64,000 nucleotides of DNA from an uncultured bacterium (GTDB lineage Bacteria; Hydrothermota; E44-bin80), in contig CAYMQB010000010.1 in assembly GCA_964392665.1 (NCBI GenBank), forward strand, positions 895 to 64,894, read 5' to 3'. Below the pieces are notes generated by a model. That model had not been told where the DNA came from and made no database searches. It saw nothing but the letters and a program-made list of their open reading frames with translations. Of this stretch, positions 28,434 through 37,062 are shown in pieces. A program made the translations under genes and the position numbers. Each line of letters starts with the position of its first letter. Within the stretch, counting starts at the first letter, position 1.

Positions 28434-29585
28434 GTATTTAAGAATGTTCTGTGCTGTCTGACCGTCACCGTATAAAAATCGGGACATGTATTTTGGGACT
28501 GGGGATGAATGCAATGCAACCCTAACTATGTTTTTTCTATTAGTCCCCACGATAACATTATTACCACTTTTTACCGTTTCTATCCATTCAGTTTCATTTC
28601 GTAAAGTTATGCAAGGAACACCTAAGAAATATGCTTCTTTCTGTATTCCACCTGAGTCTGTCAAAATTTTTCTTGCATTTTTCTCAAGTGTTAACATATC
28701 AAAATAGCTGACTGGATCAATCAAGTGTATGTTAGCATAATTTGATGGTAAGAGATTAAAGTTCTTTAAGGTTTTTTTCGTTCTCGGGTGAACTGGAAAG
28801 ACTACAGGATAACATTTACCGATTTCAATCAAGGCATCAAGAATATTCTTTAATTTTCTTTTATTGTCAGTGTTTTCAGCCCTGTGAATAGTTACTAAAA
28901 AATATTGTTTGCTGATTCTTTTAAGTTGTTTCAAAATGTCCGATTTTTTTTCCGCAATTTTCAGACTTATCAGCGTAGCATCATACATAATATCACCAAC
29001 ATTTACAACAACTGGAAATTTGTTGTAGCACATTTGTGATGTTGAGAAAGAAGGATTAATCAGTTTTCCGTCATTTATTATGTTAGTATAACCTTCTTTC
29101 TTTAAATTCTTCACACCGTTCTCTGTGGGACAGAAAAGAATATCCGAGCAATGGTCGGTAAGTATTCGATTTATCTCTTCCGGCATTTTTCTATTATAAC
29201 TTCGTAAGCCAGCTTCTATATGTACTATTGGAATTTGTAGTTTTACAGCTGCCAAGGCACCTGCTAATGTTGAATTTGTGTCACCATATACTATTGTAAG
29301 AGCGGGTTTTTCTTTCATCAAGATTGGTTCCAGTCGTTTTATCATTTCACCTGTCTGCCAACCATGAAACCCGGAACCTACTTCAAGATTATATTCGGGT
29401 TCTGGAATATCAAGTTCGGTAAAAAAGATTTTATTCATTTCATAGTCATAATGCTGACCCGTATGAATTATAATATGATTTACTTTAGGTTTTTTATTAC
29501 TGTTCTTTTGTCCCCTAATTGCTTGCACCAAAGGAGCAAGTTTAATAAATTGAGGACGTGCACCAACAACACTTATTAGTTTCAT
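28413..29585 (-). CDS. wecB: UDP-N-acetylglucosamine (or UDP-2,3-diacetamido-2,3-dideoxy-glucuronate) 2-epimerase, WecB/WbpI family
   Basis: 390 aa full-length Epimerase_2: 'VVGARPQFIKLAPL', 'HTGQHYDYEMNKIFF', 'LRSYNRKMPEEINRILTD', 'VHPRT'; last gene of the wbpE-wbpB/D unit. Confidence 0.8.
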   Translation of the reverse strand: MKLISVVGARPQFIKLAPLVQAIRGQKNSNKKPKVNHIIIHTGQHYDYEMNKIFFTELDIPEPEYNLEVGSGFHGWQTGEMIKRLEPILMKEKPALTIVYGDTNSTLAGALAAVKLQIPIVHIEAGLRSYNRKMPEEINRILTDHCSDILFCPTENGVKNLKKEGYTNIINDGKLINPSFSTSQMCYNKFPVVVNVGDIMYDATLISLKIAEKKSDILKQLKRISKQYFLVTIHRAENTDNKRKLKNILDALIEIGKCYPVVFPVHPRTKKTLKNFNLLPSNYANIHLIDPVSYFDMLTLEKNARKILTDSGGIQKEAYFLGVPCITLRNETEWIETVKSGNNVIVGTNRKNIVRVALHSSPVPKYMSRFLYGDGQTAQNILKYLCPHKR

Positions 29586-29676
29586 ATAATTGTTATCACG
29601 CCATTCAGGTCAAGTGGATTGTTTTCCTTTTTCAACATCAAATGAGGGGTATTGTTGAAGTAAGTGTTGTGAGAGA

Positions 29677-31311
29677 CTAATTTATTTGCTTCACAACATC
29701 AGCCTTTTTTTGATATTGCCTTGAACATTTTGGGCAAGTTGCTTTGTTTTTACTGAATTTTAATTTTGTGCCGCATTCACATATCCAGCCAATGGGTTTG
29801 GCAGGGACCCCTGCGACTATGGTGTAATCGGGAACATCTTTTGTAACAACAGCACCAGCACCAATCATAGCCGACTTTCCTATAATTATCCCGCAGACGA
29901 TTGTTGCGTTTGCACCAATTGATGCACCTTGCTTAACTGAGGTTGGTATCCATTTCCCATATTTCGGATACTTTTTCTTGGGATACTTTGCACGGGGATT
30001 AATATCGTTGGTAAAAACAGCAGATGGTCCTACAAAAACATAGTCTTCAAGAGTAACTAAGTCCCAGACATCTATGTTGCATTCCAATTTAACTCCGTTA
30101 CCAAGTTTTGCCTTGGAGCCAACAAAGCAGTTATGACCAATTATGCAATTTTCTCCAATCTCTGCACCTGATTGAATTTGAGAATGATGCCATATCTTGG
30201 TCCCTCTGCCAATTGTGCAATTATCCTCCACAGAAGCAGATTTCTGAACGAAATAGGGTATTTCTGCGTGTGGATTTCGGATTACGGGTTGTGAATGCAG
30301 GATAACTTTTTCTCCAGAATTGTTGAGGGATTGTTGTGCTGCAGAAAGAATCTCAAGAACTTGAAGGCCTTCGTAACCATCAGTTATTGGGATTTCCTTG
30401 TTTTGAATACAATCCAGAAAATGTTTACATTCGAGTTTGAGAGGTTCGGAGAATTTAATGGGGATTGTTTCAGCATCAGCCTTAGAAACGACAGGGATAC
30501 GATTCTGCCACTCAATTGTATGTGGATACAAGAAGAGTTTTTCGTTGGTTAAATCATCGAAAACAGCCATTTTCTTATCACCTACTACTACAAGTTTTTG
30601 CTCCTTAAATGGATGAAGCCAGGATACAAAAATGTGGCTTTTAACACCATTAGAGAACTGCATCGAGGTTAGAGTTACATCTGCAATGTCGTGTTGCAGA
30701 TAATTGCCACCGGTGGCACTGACAGTTTCCGGAGATTCACCTAAAAGAAATAGAATTGTAGATATATCGTGTGGTGCAAAGCTCCAGAGAATGTTTTCTT
30801 CAGCTCTTATTTTCCCTATATTTAAACGATTTGAGTAAATATATTGGATTTTACCGAGTTCTCCTGAGTCAATCAGTTCTTTAAGTTTATTAATTGCAGG
30901 ATGATAACGTAAAATGTGGCCTACCATCAGAATACTTTTTTCCCCCTCTGCCAGGAATATTAGGTCTTTTGCTTCTTCAATATTTAATGCGAGGGGTTTT
31001 TCTACATAGACATTTTTATTTGCAGATAGTGCTTGCTTGGCTATTTCGTAGTGAGTTGCAGCTGGGGTAGCGATAACTATTCCTTTAATCTCAGGATCTT
31101 TTAGCACATCTTTATATGTTTCAGTAAAATGTATATCTGGATACTGAGATTTACGAGTTCTTAAGGTTGCTTTATCTGAATCACAGACAGTTTTTAAGAC
31201 ACCAAGTTCACTAAAATTGCGGACGAGATTCTTTCCCCAGCCTCCTGCCCCTACTACAGCAATATTAAGGCATTTCGGATTGCGGATTGCGGATTGCGGA
31301 TTTTTATCCAT
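29677..31311 (-). CDS. Bifunctional fusion: Gfo/Idh/MocA NAD-oxidoreductase (WbpB/GnnA-like) + hexapeptide-repeat N-acetyltransferase (WbpD/PglD-like) + C-terminal Cys4 zinc ribbon
   Basis: 544 aa. N-terminal 'LNIAVVGAGGWGKNLVRNF...YVEKPLALNIEEA' (Gfo/Idh/MocA); C-terminal left-handed beta-helix 'IGENCIIGHNCFVGSKAKLGNGVKLE...IGANATIVCGIIIGKSAMIGAGAVV'; the final 40 aa 'WICECGTKLKFSKNKATCPKCSRQY' form a CxxC...CxxC ribbon. Confidence 0.7.
   Translation of the reverse strand: MDKNPQSAIRNPKCLNIAVVGAGGWGKNLVRNFSELGVLKTVCDSDKATLRTRKSQYPDIHFTETYKDVLKDPEIKGIVIATPAATHYEIAKQALSANKNVYVEKPLALNIEEAKDLIFLAEGEKSILMVGHILRYHPAINKLKELIDSGELGKIQYIYSNRLNIGKIRAEENILWSFAPHDISTILFLLGESPETVSATGGNYLQHDIADVTLTSMQFSNGVKSHIFVSWLHPFKEQKLVVVGDKKMAVFDDLTNEKLFLYPHTIEWQNRIPVVSKADAETIPIKFSEPLKLECKHFLDCIQNKEIPITDGYEGLQVLEILSAAQQSLNNSGEKVILHSQPVIRNPHAEIPYFVQKSASVEDNCTIGRGTKIWHHSQIQSGAEIGENCIIGHNCFVGSKAKLGNGVKLECNIDVWDLVTLEDYVFVGPSAVFTNDINPRAKYPKKKYPKYGKWIPTSVKQGASIGANATIVCGIIIGKSAMIGAGAVVTKDVPDYTIVAGVPAKPIGWICECGTKLKFSKNKATCPKCSRQYQKKADVVKQIN
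31276..31300 (-). repeat. Heptanucleotide tandem repeat (CGGATTG x 3.6) within codons 5-12 of the wbpB/D fusion ORF
   Basis: Plus strand reads cGGATTGcGGATTGcGGATTGcGGA; on the coding strand this is AATCCGC x3, encoding 'PQSAIRN'; the unit length is 7, not a multiple of 3. Confidence 0.85.
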
Positions 31312-31322
31312 AAAAGCACTCC

Positions 31323-32423
31323 TTACTTTTCAAAAAATTCTCGAATTGTTATAATGACATACTCTATTTCTTCGTCTGCTAAATCAGGATGAATCGGTAA
31401 TGAGAGGACCTCTTTTGCAGCTTTTTCAGACTCTGGAAAATCACCTTCTTTGTAACCAAGATAATCAAATGCCTTTTGAAGGTGCAAAGGTATAGGATAA
31501 TGAATTGCAGTTCCTATATTCTTTTCAGTCAAATACTGTTTCAGTTCATCCCTTCTGGATGTTCTTATTGTATACTGGTGATAAACAGTTTCATTCCCAG
31601 GTGTTATATACGGAACTTCAACGCTATCTTTTAGTCCCTCATCATATTTAAGAGCAGTCTCTCGTCTTTTCTTGTTCCATTCATCTAAGTATTTTAACTT
31701 AATCCGCAAGAAGGTAGCTTGAATAGCATCAAGACGGTCATTATAGCCAAGAACATCGTGATAATACTTTTTTGACGCTCCATGCACTCGTAGAGCGCGT
31801 AATTTATTATCCAAAAATTCGTTGTTTGTTACAATCATTCCAGCATCTCCCAAAGCATTCAGATTTTTGGTGGGGAAAAAACTTATGCAAGCAGTATCAC
31901 CGAATTTTCCAATATTCTCTCCGTTATACTTTGAGCCTATTGCCTGTGCCATATCTTCTACAACTTTTAGATTGTTTTCTTTGGCAATTTTCATAATCTT
32001 GTCCATATCAGCTGCTTGCCCGTATAAATGTACAGGTAAAATTGCTTTTGTTTTCTCGGAAATAAGCGGGGTAATTTTGTCGGGACTGATGTTGAAAGTT
32101 TTAGGTTCAATATCACAGAAGATTGGCTTTGCCCCAAGCAATGCAATAACTTCGGCAGTGGCCATAAAAGTAAACGGGCTTGTTATAACTTCATCGCCAG
32201 AGTGGACGCCCAATGCTGCCAGAGACAATAGTAAAGCATCTGTCCCATTTGATACGCCAATTGCGTATTCAGTGCCAATATACGAGGCAACTTCGTGCTC
32301 AAAGTTCTTGACCTCATCTCCAAGAATAAATTGCCCGCTGTCTAATACCTTTTCAAATGCATTCATCAGTTCTTTTTTTATGGGCTTATGTTGACGCTGT
32401 AAATCTATAAACGGTACTTTCAT
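31323..32423 (-). CDS. DegT/DnrJ/EryC1/StrS-family PLP-dependent sugar aminotransferase (WbpE/GnnB-like)
   Basis: 366 aa; 'FIDLQRQHKPIKKELMNAFEKVLDSGQFILGDEV', 'AIGVSNGTDALLL'; the active-site lysine region lies in the 'SFFPTKNLNALGDAGMI' segment. Confidence 0.8.
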   Translation of the reverse strand: MKVPFIDLQRQHKPIKKELMNAFEKVLDSGQFILGDEVKNFEHEVASYIGTEYAIGVSNGTDALLLSLAALGVHSGDEVITSPFTFMATAEVIALLGAKPIFCDIEPKTFNISPDKITPLISEKTKAILPVHLYGQAADMDKIMKIAKENNLKVVEDMAQAIGSKYNGENIGKFGDTACISFFPTKNLNALGDAGMIVTNNEFLDNKLRALRVHGASKKYYHDVLGYNDRLDAIQATFLRIKLKYLDEWNKKRRETALKYDEGLKDSVEVPYITPGNETVYHQYTIRTSRRDELKQYLTEKNIGTAIHYPIPLHLQKAFDYLGYKEGDFPESEKAAKEVLSLPIHPDLADEEIEYVIITIREFFEK

Positions 32424-32638
32424 TTTTCTCCTTTTCTATTGAGTAAAAGGTATATTATTTTACATCTATGACCAAGATAGTCCACCACCACAGGATTATT
32501 TTATTCGACACCAATCCGTTTCTTATAACTTAAAAACTTTATACTGCCTAATCTCTTTTGTCAAGAACTTTGTACATGACAAGTTTATGTTGGAAGTTTC
32601 CGGAATAATTATTTCTACGCAAAATTGCAATAATATTG

Positions 32639-33379
32639 TTACTCCAGTGAGTGAATAGCGGTTAAAAATTCATTTAGGAGAGAGGGTGTCCTTTCTATGA
32701 TGCTTCCTGTCACGATAAAATCGGCGCCTGCTTCTACCTTTTTTCTCGCTTCATCTGGGGTTTTTATACCGCCACCGATAATCAAGGGTAGTGCAGTTTC
32801 CTTTTTGACTGTCCTTATAACATCTTCGGGAATACTGTATTTTGCACCACTTCCCGCATCCATATAGACCATTTTCATTCCCAAATACTTCCCAGCAAGA
32901 GCGTGTGAGGCAATCAGTTCTGTGTTGTCTCTTGGCAAAGGTTTTGTATTGCTTACGCGTTCAACACTTGTTATATTTCCGGATTCAATTATAAGGTATG
33001 CGACAGGGATTGTTTCAATGCCACAGTTTTTAACCAAAGGTGCAGCCTTTACCTGCTCTTCAATGAGGAATTGTGGGTTTCTTCCGCTTAAAAGTGACAT
33101 AAAGAAGATAGCATCCGCTTCGCCCGTTACTTGATAATGACAACCTGGGAAGATAATAACAGGTTTTGTTGTGACTTTTTTTATTTCCTCTATCAATCCA
33201 GCTAATTCAATGCTCCTGAGTGTGCTTCCTCCAACGAGAACACCGTCTATGTCAGCATCCTTCAGAAATCTAAGCACATCTTCAAAAGCCTCATCCTTTG
33301 CATTTTCGGGGTCAATAAGAGGAAGATACCCAGCCCCTCTTTCTTTCCTAACATTAATTAAATAGTCGAAAATTGACAT
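32639..33379 (-). CDS. pcrB: Geranylgeranylglyceryl-phosphate synthase family protein (GGGPS / PcrB, TIM-barrel prenyltransferase)
   Basis: 246 aa; 'DGVLVGGS' and C-terminal 'IIGGGIKTPDEARK' phosphate-binding motifs typical of GGGPS/PcrB. Confidence 0.6.
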   Translation of the reverse strand: MSIFDYLINVRKERGAGYLPLIDPENAKDEAFEDVLRFLKDADIDGVLVGGSTLRSIELAGLIEEIKKVTTKPVIIFPGCHYQVTGEADAIFFMSLLSGRNPQFLIEEQVKAAPLVKNCGIETIPVAYLIIESGNITSVERVSNTKPLPRDNTELIASHALAGKYLGMKMVYMDAGSGAKYSIPEDVIRTVKKETALPLIIGGGIKTPDEARKKVEAGADFIVTGSIIERTPSLLNEFLTAIHSLE

Positions 33380-33396
33380 ATGTTTCGGTATTGGGG

Positions 33397-35958
33397 CTAG
33401 CCTAATTTCTCAATAATGAAATTTCGTGCAATTTGCAGGGCTTCATCTATTTTCTCCATTTTCTTTCCACCCGCAGTTGCGAAATCTGCTCTGCCGCCGC
33501 CTCCACCATCTATGATTGGAGATATTTCTTTGACTATTTCGCTCGCTTTGATTTTTTCAGTAAGGTCATCGGAAACGAAGGCGACAATGACAACATTGTT
33601 ATCGTAATCACTTGCGAATAGCCCTATGCTCTTCTTATCCCAGATTTTTTTTACTTCATCTAAAAGCTTTCGAAGGCTATTGATATTTTGATGCGGGATT
33701 CTTTTTATTAACAGGTAGACACCACCTTTAATTTCTTCCGGTTTAATAGCTTTAGCATCGGTTGAACTTAGTTTCTTCTCCATCTGCTCTATCCTGTGGG
33801 TTAGTTTCTTCTCATTTTCAACCAAATGACGTAGCCTTTCCTCGATTTTCTCTTTATCTACCTTTAACAAACGAGAAATAGTTTCTTCTCTTTCTTTTAT
33901 AGCGTTTATGTATTTCAATGAATTTCTTCCCGTTATCGCTTCGATTCTCCTTACGCCGCTTGCTATCGAAGATTCGGTAAGAATCTTGAACAATCCAATC
34001 TCTCCTGTATTTTTTACATGGGTTCCACCGCAAAGCTCCATCGAGAAATCACCGATTTTTAGCACCCGAACATTATCTCCATATTTTTCGTTAAAGAGCG
34101 CTATTGCCCCCATCTTTTTTGCCTTCTTAAAATCCATTTCGAAAGATTCAACGGGAAGGTTCGATAGAATTTGCTCATTGACAACTGTTTCGACCTTTTC
34201 CAGTTCATCCTGCTTTACTTTGGAAAAATGCGTAAAGTCAAATCTAAATCTATCCGGTGCGACAAGCGAACCTTGCTGATGAATATGCTTCCCCAGAATT
34301 TCTCTCAAGGTAGCCTGAAGAAGGTGTGTTGCCGTATGATTCCTTGCAATGTCCATCCTTCTTTCTCTATCAACATTTACAGCTACCGTCATACTTTCTT
34401 TGGGTTTTCCGTGGACAATTTTACCAATGTGCAGGTTTCCATATGATGATGTTTTAGTACTAATGACTTGAATCTCCAGATCTTTACCCTGGATGGTTCC
34501 TGTATCTCCCACCTGTCCACCCATCTCAGCATAGAATGGTGTTTCTTCAAGTAATATTCCGATATTATCGTTTATTTCTTTTAATGCAATAATCTTTGTT
34601 CTGCAGGTAAGTTTTTCATAACCGGAGAATTGAGATTTGTTTGCTAACTTCTTATCAAAAAGCTTTATATCTTTGTCAAACTTCGTTTTTCCTTTTGCGC
34701 GAACCCTCTGTTTCTCCATTTCCTTTTCATAATCTCTCTCGTCTATGTTAAATCCTTCTTCCTCCGCGAGTTGACGGGACAGCTCAAGAGGAAAGCCGTA
34801 CGTATCGTATAACTTGAATGCATATTCACCAGGCAGCGTTTTGGTCTTATTTTTTCGAAGTTCGTCAATCATCTCCTTGAATATGGAAATTCCGGACTCA
34901 AGTGTGGCGAGAAATCTTTCTTCCTCTGCCTTGATGACAAGGGAAGTGTGTTGTGCTTTCCCCTCTAATTCAGGATATTCTTTTCCCATTATGTCAACAA
35001 CATTGCGAGCAAGTTTGTACAGGAAAGGTTTTTTGTATCCCAGCTTTTTTCCTTCAAGAACTGCTTTTCTGAGGATTCTTCTTATGACATATCCTCGCTC
35101 CTCGTTCGAGGGGAGGATACCTTCGGTAATTGCAAAGGTGAGTGCTCTTATGTGGTCTGCAATAATTTTTTTATTCAGTTTATCTTCACCTTTTCTTATT
35201 CCTTCTATTATGGGTGTGAAAAGGTCTGTATCGAAAATATTTTGCTTCCCTTGACACACCATAAGGGTTCTTTCCAATCCCATTCCTGTATCAATGCCTC
35301 GATTCTTAAGGGGGATATTGGTTCCGTCTTTTAGTCTTTCGAACTGCGGTAATACGATGTTCCAGATTTCGACAAATCTATCGCATTCGTTCTCAATCGT
35401 GCAACCGTTTCCTGTTTTGCCGAATTCCTCTCCAAGGTCGAAAAATATTTCCGTAGATGGTCCACAGGCACCGGTCTTCCCTGCTGGTCCCCAGAAGTTT
35501 GTTTTCTCGCTTAACCTGTATATCCTATCCAGAGGAAACCCAATATGTTTTTTCCATATATCATACGATTCTTTGTCATCTTTGAACACAGTAACGGAAA
35601 GTTTATCCAAAGGGAGCTCGAGCACATCTTTGATGAATTGCCATCCCCACTCGATTGCCTGTTTCTTGAAATAATCTCCAAATGAGAAGTTGCCCAACAT
35701 CTCGAAGAATGTTTCGTGAAATGGAGTTTGACCAACCTTTTCTAAATCACTCATTCTCAAACATTTCTGAACACTGCAAGCTCTTGTGTAAGGAAGCGGA
35801 ACATTGCCTGTCCAGTAAGGTTTAAACTGAACCATACCCGCACTGTTGAACAGAAGAGATGGATCGTCCTTAACAACAAGAGGAGCACTTTTAACAACTG
35901 AATGCTTCTTCTGTTTGAAGAATTCTAAAAAAGTCTTTCTTAATCCTTCTGCGGTCAT
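33397..35958 (-). CDS. alaS: Alanine--tRNA ligase
   Basis: 853 aa; class II core, tRNA_SAD editing domain HxxxH ('HTATHLLQ') and 'CGGTH' zinc motif, C-terminal DHHA1 'GGGGGRADFATAGG'. Confidence 0.95.
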   Translation of the reverse strand: MTAEGLRKTFLEFFKQKKHSVVKSAPLVVKDDPSLLFNSAGMVQFKPYWTGNVPLPYTRACSVQKCLRMSDLEKVGQTPFHETFFEMLGNFSFGDYFKKQAIEWGWQFIKDVLELPLDKLSVTVFKDDKESYDIWKKHIGFPLDRIYRLSEKTNFWGPAGKTGACGPSTEIFFDLGEEFGKTGNGCTIENECDRFVEIWNIVLPQFERLKDGTNIPLKNRGIDTGMGLERTLMVCQGKQNIFDTDLFTPIIEGIRKGEDKLNKKIIADHIRALTFAITEGILPSNEERGYVIRRILRKAVLEGKKLGYKKPFLYKLARNVVDIMGKEYPELEGKAQHTSLVIKAEEERFLATLESGISIFKEMIDELRKNKTKTLPGEYAFKLYDTYGFPLELSRQLAEEEGFNIDERDYEKEMEKQRVRAKGKTKFDKDIKLFDKKLANKSQFSGYEKLTCRTKIIALKEINDNIGILLEETPFYAEMGGQVGDTGTIQGKDLEIQVISTKTSSYGNLHIGKIVHGKPKESMTVAVNVDRERRMDIARNHTATHLLQATLREILGKHIHQQGSLVAPDRFRFDFTHFSKVKQDELEKVETVVNEQILSNLPVESFEMDFKKAKKMGAIALFNEKYGDNVRVLKIGDFSMELCGGTHVKNTGEIGLFKILTESSIASGVRRIEAITGRNSLKYINAIKEREETISRLLKVDKEKIEERLRHLVENEKKLTHRIEQMEKKLSSTDAKAIKPEEIKGGVYLLIKRIPHQNINSLRKLLDEVKKIWDKKSIGLFASDYDNNVVIVAFVSDDLTEKIKASEIVKEISPIIDGGGGGRADFATAGGKKMEKIDEALQIARNFIIEKLG

Positions 35959-36031
35959 TTTGTAACCTCTAAAGCTTCAAACCACAGAGCCTGTACTTCA
36001 TTTCATTCAAGAGTAAGCTCCGCACTTTCTC

Positions 36032-36334
36032 CTATTGTCCCTCTACAAGATGACTGCCTGTTTGGGGAACAGAAAAATGAACCACATCTCCATCCTTCAG
36101 TACCGTTCCGTTTTCAGGTGCTGTGCCGTTGATCGTGAATCCAAGAATACCGGGAGGGAAGCTTTTTTTAATCTCCGGATAACTTTCGAGCACGGATGCG
36201 AGTATGAAGAAAAAAAATGTATTTTTTGACACAATACATTCCTCGGTTTCTTTGTTTGTAATTAATTGAAGAGTTCTGTCGTATGTTATGATAATCTTCT
36301 GCGAATCGAAAATATCATCATTCATAGATACCAA
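36032..36334 (-). CDS. Hypothetical small protein, possibly MoaD/ThiS-like beta-grasp with a C-terminal extension
   Basis: 100 aa; 'VLKDGDVVHFSVPQTGSHLVEGQ' resembles the MoaD 'L-DGDEV-F-PPVSGG' C-terminus but continues past the expected Gly-Gly; weak assignment. Confidence 0.2.
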   Translation of the reverse strand: MVSMNDDIFDSQKIIITYDRTLQLITNKETEECIVSKNTFFFFILASVLESYPEIKKSFPPGILGFTINGTAPENGTVLKDGDVVHFSVPQTGSHLVEGQ

Positions 36335-36582
36335 TATAACCTATCGGATGAGGAATTTCAAGAAGTTTTTTAAAAAACATTAGCCACGGTTACTACACGG
36401 TAAAACACAATATCAAGGTTAAACTAATAAAACCAATCCAACCAACACCAAACCAATTTTACCACAGAGACGCAGAGAAAATACTTATTTCAAGGTTTAA
36501 ACCAATTAAACAAAACAAATAAACAGGGATTGAAAGAGAACTTAAAGAGATTTCTCAATCAGTCGGGACTGGGAAGTTTTTC

Positions 36583-36924
36583 CTACCTCTTCACAATTTT
36601 ATAGATGAGTTCACCATCCTTGAGCATTCCTAATTTCTCGCGCGCAATTTTTTCGATGGTGAAAAGATCGGTCTTCAATTTTTCGCAGTTTTTAGTGAGG
36701 GAAATTTCTTCTACGGTTAACCTATCGGCACTTTTCTCTATTCTTTTTATCTTGGTGTGAAGGGAAATGATTTTAAATAAACCGTACGAACCTCCGAGAA
36801 AAAGATATAGGAACCAGGCAACAAATCCAATTTTTATCAATCTATAAAACCAGAGTTTAAGTTTGGAAGTTTTTTTCCTTCTCCTTGGTTTTCTGTAGTA
36901 ATAATTTCTGTTAGTAAACCGCAT
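36583..36924 (-). CDS. ftsB: Septum formation initiator family protein (FtsB/DivIC-like)
   Basis: 113 aa; basic N-terminus, single TM 'IGFVAWFLYLFLGG', coiled coil ending in 'EKIAREKLGM', the typical FtsB C-terminal motif. Confidence 0.55.
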   Translation of the reverse strand: MRFTNRNYYYRKPRRRKKTSKLKLWFYRLIKIGFVAWFLYLFLGGSYGLFKIISLHTKIKRIEKSADRLTVEEISLTKNCEKLKTDLFTIEKIAREKLGMLKDGELIYKIVKR

Positions 36925-37062
36925 TATTTTTTATACTATTCATTGCGTGATTTGTCAAGAGAAAAATGTGGAGAAACTTCTTCTTAGATTCTTCCAAAGT
37001 CAATATGGAAAGGATTACTCAGAATGACAGCTTGCTCGATCTATTCGGTTTGTTTGGTTTAC

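Noticed and set aside
31822-32394. 190-aa plus-strand ORF inside the wbpE-like aminotransferase (also 33908-35674 plus-strand ORFs inside alaS)
   Set aside because: These are antisense to strongly conserved genes. The translations are low complexity, so they are shadow ORFs.
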